From Antedon mediterranea (taxonomy: Eukaryota > Animalia > Echinodermata): a stretch of DNA of 64,000 nucleotides. The notes below the pieces were generated by a model. The model had not been told where the DNA came from. It was given only the letters and a program-made list of their open reading frames with translations, and made no database searches. The stretch lies in contig NC_092676.1 of assembly GCF_964355755.1 (NCBI RefSeq), positions 18,804,871 to 18,868,870 on the forward strand, read 5' to 3'. A program made the position numbers and the translations under genes. This document shows, one piece after another, positions 53,560-64,000 of the stretch (its first letter is position 1; each line of letters starts with the position of its first letter).

Positions 53560-54170
53560 TCATTTATCTTTTATTTCGGAATATCATGGTGACATAATAT
53601 TATATCCATAGCAAAAGAGAGAACAAAAAAAATCTTAATCTAACAGCTCATAGACAAAAACAAAGATATGTAAATATATAAAGTCAATGCAACAAAGCAT
53701 TCCATTGTATGTGCATTCTTGACACATTAATGGCCATGATCCAGGAATTACTACTTGCGTTCACACGATTTTTAAAACTAAAAACAGATTTTCTAATGAA
53801 CTCATCAAAGGATGGGACGTCATTTAAGACAAACATCATGCTTGCACTACAATGTCTAGGCCGCTTCAGCAGCAAACGTAAGGCATTGTTATAACATACT
53901 TTCAATGATCTCAGAGTGCTCTTATTATATCTACACCATAAGGTTGAACAGTAGGCCTACATGCTGACACAGTAACTCTTAAATAGATAACATTTAGTCT
54001 TAGTAGAACATTTTCCAAACTTTCTATTTAGAGAGTTGGCCCTAATGCAAATAGATCGATATTGATGTCACTTTCATCACTCAGGTTATTAATGATCACA
54101 TGACCAAGATAGGTTATTGAATTATCAACGATTAGAGGTGCCCCATTTAAGGTAATATGTGGAACACCTT
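53560..54170 (-). mobile_element. 3' fragment of a non-LTR retrotransposon (CR1/L2 group)
   Basis: Minus-strand YLGHVI, KVCYNNALRLLL, SASMMFV and WNALLH, then a short tandem tail. Confidence 0.75.
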
Positions 54171-55163
54171 GTAATTATTAAAACCAACATAGTACTAAAG
54201 TGGTGTTCATGGCCTTTTTTTGCAAAATGTTTGTCGAATTGAACAAATGTATAGTAAGTTAGGCCTATGTTGACACAAAGCATTAGTAAGCCTAATCAGC
54301 AGTCAGTAGTATAACATTAGCACAATGAAATGAGGCTTAAGCATCTTCAACTTTTGTTTAGTAACGGCATTTCTGCTGCGAAGCTTCATAAATTAACAAT
54401 GTTGTGCTTTAACATATTAATAGACTTTGCTATTATAGATTTATTTTAAAATGAATAATTGACTTAATTATATAAAATGATTATTAAGCCTATTATTATT
54501 ATGTATGGAAATGATCAGTCAACTATAATAGGCCTACAACAATTTTATTAAGTACTAAAAAATGAAACAATGCTTTTAATATAATATTCTGAAGAGATAC
54601 AATATAGGTAGGCTATAATGTGTAAATTATTTTTCAAACTATTTCACTCTACGGGAATTTTACGTAATTTGTGATCACATCTATCGATCACCCTTGGCCT
54701 ACCACTTGGATCGAACTTGCCTTTTAACCACGTTGCACGTGTCTTAACAAATTTACTAAATTTTGACGTTCTCTACTGATATCAGAATTGGAAGGTATGC
54801 ATGTAGGCCTAAATTTGAGTGTTCTTTCACAGGTTCACATTCAAACCCACCCGCGTACACCCTCAGAGGGTGCATAGGCTACGGCGGAGAAACTTAATCA
54901 ATAAATAAATAATTAATTTACAATACTTACTATAAGGCATAATCCTCATTTAGTGTGTTCCGTATTAATTAATTTATTTTAATTATAATCCAATCGAAAA
55001 TCGTTTGTATTCAAATTGTCTTTATAGATTTAGGAAGGTCGGTCCAAAAGTAATTTTGAATGTGTTGCCAATTACATACTCAGTTTGGCTTCCGATCAGG
55101 AAAAGGATGCAGTGACGGCATATACGTATGTAGACAACTTCAAGAAATCGCACATAGAACACA

Positions 55164-58048
55164 TAGTCCAGTCCCTAAGTGGAAATTATGTTACCATAGT
55201 GGATACAAGTGTGCCCTTTGGCATGTTGATAGAACATGATATGGAGATACCAAAACAAAGTTATTGGAAATCTGATTTGACCTCTGTGACCTCTGACCTC
55301 AATTTTTATATTTCTATCTTAAACAGCCATATCTCGGCAACGGGGTTGACAATTGAAATGATATTGGTGTCAAATAGATCAGAGGGTACATATTTATATT
55401 CGCTATAATAGAACTTTTTTTCAAAAAAACGACCGGAAATGTAGTTTCTGAATGTTTTGACCTTTGACCTCGGCTTACTATATCTCAATAACTACTTGTC
55501 AAAATTTCTTGAAATTTGTTTCAAATTGTTAAGAGCATACACATTTATATATACTCTAATTAAAGATGTTCTTCCAAATTCACAGGAAATGTCATTTACT
55601 GACCTTTGACCTTTAATGTTTGAATATGTCTGTATCTCTGTAACCAAATGTCATAAAAAGTTTGGTTTGGTGTCAAATTGTTCAGAATGTAAACATTTAT
55701 ATTAGCTCTATAATAGAAGATGTTATCATATTTTTACTGGAAGGTATGACCAGGATATACTGTCAAGCGTGCGTGTGTCATACTTATAATAATATACCTA
55801 AAATATAGATTTAATGGACCAGAACTACATTCAATATCCTATTTAGTTTACTTTTTACAATTTTCTTTAAACTTAAATTTTCATTAATTTCAATATATAA
55901 TTCCATTGCATGGTAGGCCTACACCGTAAGAGCAACACTTAATATCAACATAAAATTAGATAAACTTTTTGTTGATTAACATTAAAAAAAAGAAAGAAAA
56001 TCAAGATCTTAAAGAAAGAAAAGAAGAATTAACCAATGAGTTTTGATACTCATAAAACATATGACCTAATTATCAATTCATTGCTTGAAGTATGCTGAAA
56101 AAATGAAATGTTGAAAACAGTGAGGAAAAACCGAAGGAAAGAGTAAAAAATAAAAACATATGCTTAAAATATTAGAAATCTGAAAAGGATCAAAGACAAA
56201 TTAATTACATAGCTGATTTCTTTTCAAGAACATACTGTAGTGGAATATAAAAAGAAAACAAACCAGCAGTCAAAAAAATTACCATCTATTTTTGTAGAGA
56301 AAATGAAAGAGGCTGTAATTAAGGCAAATGCAAGAAAACAAAGCTCCAACACTGATGATGAAGATGAGGCAATAACACATCCAGCTCATAACACTATACA
56401 ACAAAATCTTTGAAACCAGAAGAAATGAAGAGAAGCAATGATATACAAAAACATTACAAACTGACAGACAAATAATTTACAAAAGTAATAAAAAAAAAAT
56501 CAGAGACCGACTAGAAGTAAATAAACCAAGATATAAGGTTTCATACAGTAGGACCATCTATACAGTTTGTCAATCAACTAAAATAAAAATGAAATGAATT
56601 TCAACAAATCTTTGATTTAGAGATTATCAGAAGCATTTGACTCAATAAAACAGGCATTACCAATACCATATTAGAGGTAATTATTATACCTCAGCAAATA
56701 GTGATTACGATCGCTCAAAGAGAAGTTAAGGAAGATTAGTAAGACAAGAAGACACTTCACTGCATTGGAAGAGGTGTTTAATCAAAGAGTTAATCTAAAA
56801 AAAGTAAATTTCACTTATAAAAAGACAAAATCAACAGTTAATTTAACCAAAAACCACATTAACTTTTAACCATTTTTTCCGATCCAATTTTTGGTGAACT
56901 ATTATGTGATATTAAATCAACTATATTAAAACATTCAACAAAAATATTTGTAAAAATTACATTGTCAGGGGGACAATAATTATATCTTTAATAGCATTTG
57001 ATGTTATTAGCCAATATTTCAAATGTAGTTTTGAAACTTTCCCAGTACAAACAATTGCCATAATTGTGATAACATTACAATACACCCATCCTCTGGGACC
57101 TTTTTTCAAATGCAGCTAAAAACTTTCATTTGATGTGTATAGATGCATGCAGTAGTATTAGAAAAGCAAGGGAGTTGGTTGGGGTGGATGGAGAGACACA
57201 TATGTTTTACATGTTTGTCTACACTATCAAACTAGTTTAACAAAAAAGGTGTGATGTGCCCAAATATGGTAGTGATACGATGTCATCATGTCCATATATG
57301 AGCACATCACATTTTTTGTCACATTTTATAGTGTAGACAGAGTTTAACATTTGTGCAACATGTAAAAAAGTATGTGTCTCTCCATCCACCGCAACCACCT
57401 CCCCTCTCTTGCTCTCTTTTTATAGATTATTAGTTGCTAAATATATGCAAAACGATGGGTCATAGCTCAAATTGACATTTCCAATTGAATTCTGACAAAA
57501 TATTTTGTAAGAGCAAATATAAATGTGTATATTTTGAACAATTTGACACCAACCTGAACTTTTTAGGACAAATAGTTACCAAGATATCGACATATTCAAA
57601 CATTAGAGGTCAAGGGTAAAAAAAGCTAAATTTATGGTAATTTTTTGAAAAAAGTTTCTATTAGACTAAATATTAGATTTATTTTCTTAACATTTTGAGC
57701 CCATTCTCAAATCTCTGAGATTGCGCGTTATTGAGATATTAGCCAATCAAGGTCAAAGGTCAAACTGAAAAAAATAAAGCCTTTGCGGCCATTTTTGTAC
57801 AATTTTTTTTATTGTAGCGAATATAAATATATATGTAAAATGTCCATGCGTTGTCAAGATATGGCGATTTTTAGTTATATAATATAAAAATATAAAAATT
57901 GAAGTCAGAGGTCACACAGGTCAAATAAGATTTCCAGTAACTTTGTTTTGGCATCTCCACACTATACTCTACCAAACTGCTATATTGAATAATTTGTATC
58001 CAGTCTGGTAACATCCCACCCCTTTTTCTCCCCTTAGGGACTGGACTA
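55164..58048. mobile_element. Non-autonomous long-TIR DNA transposon (Academ-like), 3-bp TSD ACA
   Basis: Ends TAGTCCAGTCCCTAAG / CTTAGGGACTGGACTA; imperfect inverted arms with TGACCTTTGACC motifs; TSD at 55161-55163 and 58049-58051. Confidence 0.85.
57165..57413. mobile_element. Palindromic element with a TTAA-family MITE (~57215-57347) at its centre
   Basis: Outer arms GGTGGATGGAGAGACACATA...ACATGTT / AACATGT...TATGTGTCTCTCCATCCACC enclose the GTCTACAC...GTGTAGAC MITE. Confidence 0.65.
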
Positions 58049-59222
58049 ACAGCGAAAATTGTTTTCATGCTTTATCGATCTCACAGCAGCATATGACCAC
58101 GTCAACAGAGAATTCCTGTTTCGAAGCATAAAAAACAGAATACATTATACACAGCCAACTACTAATGTAAACATATTGGAGTCCCTGTATAGATGCACAC
58201 AATCATACCTAGCCGAAGAAGGCCCAGACTCTCAATTTACAACATCAGCAGGAGTACGCCAAGGTGGTAACGAGAGTCCTAACCTGTTCAACCTCTACAT
58301 GGACTATGCCCTTAGAATGTTTACATATCGTTACCAGCAAGATGCTACTACCAGAGGTTTAGAAATCAAATACCGTGTTCCAATCGTAGCAACCAACAGG
58401 GAACAAAGAAGAACATCATCCATGTGTGGCACATATACAGATCTTGTTGCTGGATATGCTGATGATCTAGTACTTAACAGCTGGTCATTAGAACATTTGC
58501 AATCTATGGTAAATCTTATACATCTGGTCTTCAACGAATATGGTCTTCAGATTAACATATCTAAAACGGAGACCATGCCGGTGTATAATTGGCAAAGAGA
58601 TGATGGAGAATATCCAACCTCTATTATCAACATCAATGGCACAAATCTGCATAATGTAAACACATTTAAATACCTAGGAGTCTGGATGACCTATGATAAC
58701 ATCAACATAGGAAAACAGGAAATTCATCATAGAATATGTGCTAAGGCTGCCTTTGCTGAACATAAGAAACTCCTGACAAATCAAATCATTTTTAACCTTA
58801 GAACAAGAATCAAATTCCTGAACGGATTGGTTAGAAGCAGACTGATGTACGGTTGTCATGCTTGGAGACCAACAAACACTGAAATCGGACTAATAACAAC
58901 AACGTACAACAGATTCCTCAGGAGGATGATTAGAAATGGTTTCAGACGCGTCAACCCACCAGATAAACATACACAATCAGACGATGAGAAAGAAATAGAG
59001 TCTGAGGAAGAAGAAGAACAACAGGAAACTGATTGGCGGTACGTTGTCAATAACCAGAGGCTCTACGCAATAACCAACACGATATCAGTATTTAAATTCT
59101 ACCAACAACAGCAATCTAACTGGATTTCACACTGTATTCGGAGACAAAACTATGATCCCTGCAAAGTTCTTACATTTTATGACCAAAAAAGTAAATTGAT
59201 AGGAAGACCGAGCCCAAGTATA

Positions 59223-61837
59223 TAGTCAATGGGATTTAGACTTTTAACTCACACAAATTGCAAGAAAAGGTTTTTTTGATGAAATGTGTTCTTTAGACCC
59301 TACTGAACACATTTATCAACGTTAGGACATTTTTCGACAACAGGAAGTAGCCTAATTTGCATAATTAAAAATGGCCGCCATTTTTAATAACGTACTCTGT
59401 ATCTTGGAAACCGCTAGTCACAGATACTTAATTATGGTGTCAAAATTGTTAGAATATATGTTTTTATATTCACTTTAATGAAAAAGTTTGTCCAAAAATG
59501 AATGGAAGTGCTATTTCTAACATTATTGACCTTTGACCTTGATTTATTATATCTCAGCAACCACTAATCGGAGATATACAAATTAGGGCTTAAATTGTTC
59601 AGAAACTACACATTTATATCCAGTCTAATGGCATGTTTTTGCAAAAAATGGCGGATTCTAACATTATTGACCTTTGACCTTGATTTATCATATCTTAGCA
59701 ACCACTAATCTGAGACACACACAATATGGCTCAAACTGTTAAAAAACTACATATTTATATTTAGTCTAATGGCATGTTTTTGCAAAAAATGGCCGATTCT
59801 AACATTATTGACCTTTGAACTTTGCACTACATAAAATCGCATAACTTTGAAAATATTGTACATATGAAATTATTTTTAGTGTCAAATTGTTCAGAACATA
59901 CATGTTTCTATAGAGTCCAATGACACATTATGTCCAATAATGGCCTTTTGTATGGTTATTAACATTTGAACTATATTTGAAAATTCTTTAAACCCGGAAT
60001 CTTCTTCATGTGGACATCCATTAGAACATGTGATTTGGCACTCTAAAATGTAAGAGTTGCAACGTTGACTTATTATGTTTAGTTTAAAGTAGGCCATGGT
60101 ACGTTAAATTTATAAGCATAAACTATTGCATTCATCCATAAACTGCCTACAAGTTTACACGTTTGTTTAGTTTATTTCTTATCGTTTTCGCAGCTGAAGC
60201 TGAATTACAAGATATTTATATTAAAAGCATTAAAATTGATGGTTAAAAAATGGTAAAAATTAAACCACATAGAAACATGGTACATACACAATACATTCAC
60301 GTAAAAAAAGTAAAAAAACAAGTTATAAAAGGTTAAAAACTATACACCACTAGTAGTCGTACTGTATATGGTTATTGAAATAAATAAATAAATTCCATAA
60401 GAAACTGAGGTTTTTACTGTATACGGCGAAAATATTGCAAGTGGTGGTCAGCCTAATTATGAGTCTCGATAGCCAATTAATTAAACTAAACTAAATATGT
60501 TGCATTAATATCGATCTTTTAAAATTCCAGTTGTCAACAATGCGCGCGTCTATTAGTAGAAAATGCCTTCTTAATAAGACTATGTTTCAACCTAAAAGAA
60601 TGCCCTCAAGAGTGATGCTATCCTTAGCAAAATATGAACTAAATAACCTTTAGAAATTTGTTTTTTTGAATATGCCATTTAATGGCAATTTAATTTGATC
60701 AAAAAATAAATTACTAAATTGAAAAAAACGTTAATAAACCTGCAAAATGGCATGGCCTATTTAAAGTATGTACAATATATCATTAAAAAAAATACATTTT
60801 TGTTGGCTCTGTTAATAGTGTCAACACCAACTTTCTCCTGAGTAAGATGTAAGACCGAATTAAAAATGTATTAATAATCCAAACCTATAATGTATGTATA
60901 TATAGTCTAATATTTTTTTTTTAAAGTGAATATTTTCAGTTTTTAAATTTAATTTAAATCAACTGGTTACATGCACTTTAAATTACCACCATATTCTAAA
61001 CAAGTAGTGCCAAATCACATGTTCTAATGAATGCCTACATGAAGAAGATTCCGGGTTTAAAAATCCTTTTCAAATATAGTTCAAATGTTAATAACCATAC
61101 AAAAGGCCATTATTGGACATAATGTGTCATTGGACTCTATAGAAACATGTATGTTCTGAACAATTTGACACTAAAAATAATTTCATATATACAATATTTT
61201 CAAAGTTATGCGATTTTATGTAGTGCAAAGTTCAAAGGTCAATAATGTTAGAATCGGCCATTTTTTGCAAAAACATGCCATTAGACTAAATATAAATATG
61301 TAGTTTTTTAACAGTTTGAGCCATATTGTGTGTCTCTCAGATTAGTGGTTGCTGAGATATGATAAATCAAGGTCAAAGGTCAATAATGTTAGAATCCGCC
61401 ATTTTTTGCAAAAACATGCCATTAGACTGGATATAAATGTGTAGTTTCTGAACAATTTAAGCCCTAATTTGTATATCTCTGATTAGTGGTTGCTGAGATA
61501 TAATAAATCAAGGTCAAAGGTCAATAATGTTAGAAATAGCACTTCCATTCATTTTTGGACAAACTTTTTCAATAAAGTGAATATAAAAACATATATTCTA
61601 ACGATTTTGACACCATAATTAAGTATCTGTGACTAGCGGTTTCCAAGATACAGAGTACGTTATTAAAAATGGCGGCCATTTTTAATTATGCAAATTAGGC
61701 TACTTCCCGTTGTCGAAAAATGTCCTAACGTTGATAAATGTGTTCAGTAGGGTCTAAAGAACACATTTCATCAAAAAAATCTTTTCTTGCAATTTGTGTG
61801 AGAAAAGGGTCATTTTTTAGCTAAATCCCATGGACTA
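59223..61837. mobile_element. Non-autonomous fold-back DNA transposon (Academ-like) with ~820-bp TIRs and 3-bp TSD ATA
   Basis: Left arm 59223-~60042 is the near-perfect reverse complement of ~61006-61837; TAG...CTA termini; 141-bp sub-repeats in each arm; TSD at 59220-59222 and 61838-61840. Confidence 0.92.
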
Positions 61838-62267
61838 ATACTTCAGAGAACTATAAACGCTAGTCAACTAGACCGGGAAGACTATATATGGAAGTGCTTC
61901 CAGCATCTTTTATAGAAGACAAAAACTACTATGTCCAGTAGTCATTAAGTTGATTAAGTTATATGTCTTGATGTTTAATTTTAATTTTAAATGTAAATAG
62001 GTTGGGTAATCATCAGGAATAGTCCTGAACAGGGAGATGAGCGCCCCTGCCCACCGATGAGTTTCGGGATCCCTTTGACCCGGAGGGAGAGTACCCGTCA
62101 GGGTACCCAGGTTTTTATTTGTTTTTAAAATTAATTAGTGTTCCATGACCTTCTCATCAAAATTAACGTCTCTCATTGTTGTACTATGTCAACATAATGT
62201 CAATGACGGCGAAATGTCCCCAATAATGGGGATGGATAGCTATGCAAACAAATTAACAATATAGTTT

Positions 62268-62628
62268 TTATTTTATTTATTTATTTATTTTATGTCTTTA
62301 GGCAATGTGGCCAAGGATTACCAATAGTGAATTAATCACTGTCCTATCAGATAGGTGGTAATCCCCCTGATACAGGGGCTATTGTGTGAACCAGTTCACC
62401 GGGGTAACCCCCTACTCTTTTTCGAATAATGAACTGGGTTCTTTAAAGTACACACAGGTTATAACTGTGTACACTGGACCTACGGTTTATAGTCCTTATC
62501 CGAGAAGACTTGTTCCACCACCAGAACTAGGAGCGAGCCGGCCTCGAACCCTTGCCGATGTTGTTATTGGCTCTTTAGGTACGGTAAACGGCGCCCCTGC
62601 CTTAACCGCTCGGCCATATGACTCGCTC
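62268..62628 (-). mobile_element. tRNA-derived SINE with a Deu/Nin-type conserved central domain and (AAAT)n tail
   Basis: Minus strand A box TGGCCGAGCGG, B box GGTTCGAGGCC; core TCGGATAAGGACTATAAACCGTAGG...TAAAGAACCC...TTCGAAAAGAGTAGGGG...CCCCGGTG resembles the Deu domain (from memory). Confidence 0.8.
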
Positions 62629-63253
62629 TTAGTTCTTTTAAAATGATTGATTTTTCTTTGCGAAATTATGAAAATATAATTAGATTTCATACATACACAC
62701 ACTTAACATTTGTTAAGATATCCAGGGTACATGGTACAGTTAGCCATGCGGTATTTTTTTTTTTTTTGTGGTTCATTCCCAGTAATCATATCAGTAGGCC
62801 TATTGCTTAGGGCCACTGACTCGAGCATTCAGACTTGAGCGTCTCAGACTTCTTTTGTTATTGGTAAATATTTGGATATTTAATATAGTATTAGAATTAG
62901 ACTAGAAGACTCATGGCCGATTTACAGATACGAGCGGTAACTGTAATAAAAATATAAAATTTGTTATTTCTTAAGTCCATTTACACACATCGCGGAGCGG
63001 ACGGATTCCGATAAGGACAAATACAGATTCTATGTGGGACAAGCTACGCGGTTTACCGCTTACCGTTACCGTCCGCAGGGGCCGACCTTGGTGTTTTGGC
63101 CCAGTAGCCCGGGCAACAACACCCTTAATTTCATACTAAATGTTGTTTCTGCTACTAAATTAAAATGCAAGTCCCATTTCATCGTATACAATATCCATAT
63201 AAAGTCCAGTCTGGAAGAGAATAGGCCTATTTGTAAATTGGCAGAATGCACAG

Positions 63254-63850
63254 TAGTCACCATAGTAGAGCAGTTAACGCCATAAAAATAGCCAAGTTGT
63301 GCACTTTATTACCAAAGCATGAAACTTTCCACAAAGTTTCTTTGATGTATATAGATTAAAAATATCGGGGGGTGCCAAGTGTCCAACGTCCGGTATGGCG
63401 GCCATCTTGATTTCAAAATGGCCACCATAAAAACAAAAAGTGTTCATATCTTGGCAACTATAAACAGTGGAGACTTGATTCTGGTGTTAAATTGTTCACA
63501 AACCACATATTTCTATTTGTTCTAATGTAAAGTTTCGTCCAAAAAATGACCGGAAATGACGTTTCTTCCAGTTTGACCTTTGACCTCTTATTTGTATATC
63601 TCAATAACTACTAATCATTTTCAATCGATTTTGGTGTCATTTTGTTCAGAATAGAGACATTTATATTTGTAGTAATGAAACATTTTAACATAAAATGACT
63701 GGAAATACAATTTATAACCTTTGACATATATAATTATGTGAACATACTGTATGTGGTTTACATTGGTATAAATGCACCTAATTTTTATACCGAAATAAAT
63801 GACACATAACGCAAAAATGACCAGGAATTATTATTCTGAATTTTTGACGT
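63254..63850. mobile_element. Probable left arm of a third Academ-like element
   Basis: Begins TAGTC and carries the same ATGGCGGCCAT, TGACCTTTGACC and AAATTGTTCA motifs as the other two; no partner arm in the window. Confidence 0.5.
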
Positions 63851-64000
63851 TTGATGTGATAGGATAGGCATAAAGTATGACAGATCACTGAGCTCATCTA
63901 TGCCGACTTGTTTGATGTGTCAATCGTTAGATAACAGTTTTGGTCCTCTCTCCTTTATCTTTTCTTTTCTTTTTTTTAAATGTATTATACCATATGTTGA

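Larger units (their letters stand above)
55066..62115 (+). mobile_element. RTE-like LINE (RT domain to 3' UTR) split into three pieces: 55066-55163, 58052-59222, 61841-~62115
   Basis: Removing the two inserts restores QFGFRSGKGCSDGIYVCRQLQEIAHRTQRKLFSCFIDLTAAYD...GVRQG...YADD...YLG...RPSPSILQRTINASQLDREDYIWKCFQHLL*. The 3' boundary is approximate. Confidence 0.88.

Noticed and set aside
55085-55408. 107-aa ORF
   Set aside because: Out-of-frame read across the LINE/transposon junction; the meaningful RT frame (QFGFR) is at 55081
56200-56800. Possible transposase inside the 55164-58048 element
   Set aside because: No long ORF; only faint, stop-ridden RT-like words (e.g. EAFDSI)

Overview
AT-rich animal (metazoan) genomic DNA with spliceosomal introns; the repeat content and abundant TAGGCCTA motif suggest an invertebrate deuterostome such as an echinoderm (inference only). 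Host genes are a 5-exon RERG/RASL-like small GTPase on + (6281-9777), whose switch I and G3 motifs are altered, and three apparently intact 10-exon SLC22 (organic cation/anion transporter-like) paralogs on - (12831-21242, 29671-34748, 47636-52242). The paralogs come from tandem segmental duplication, and copy 1 is a mosaic. The duplications give filled/empty-site pairs that fix the exact ends of several insertions. These are a CR1-type LINE, a Helitron and a recurrent 6-bp TA>TAGGCCTA micro-insertion. P-superfamily-like MITEs with 7-bp TSDs occur, some as small as 22 bp. An RTE-like LINE is split in frame by two long-TIR TAG...CTA elements with 3-bp TSDs (Academ-like). The most unusual region is 44623-45880, a (TA)n-anchored nest. 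It holds two identical tRNA-Pro-like heads with a TGT anticodon inside fold-back repeats, next to an intact minimal hammerhead ribozyme of the Penelope-like type. A different tRNA-like element sits at the paralogous microsatellite (26214-26276). All coordinates and similarities were read by eye; no database searches were run.
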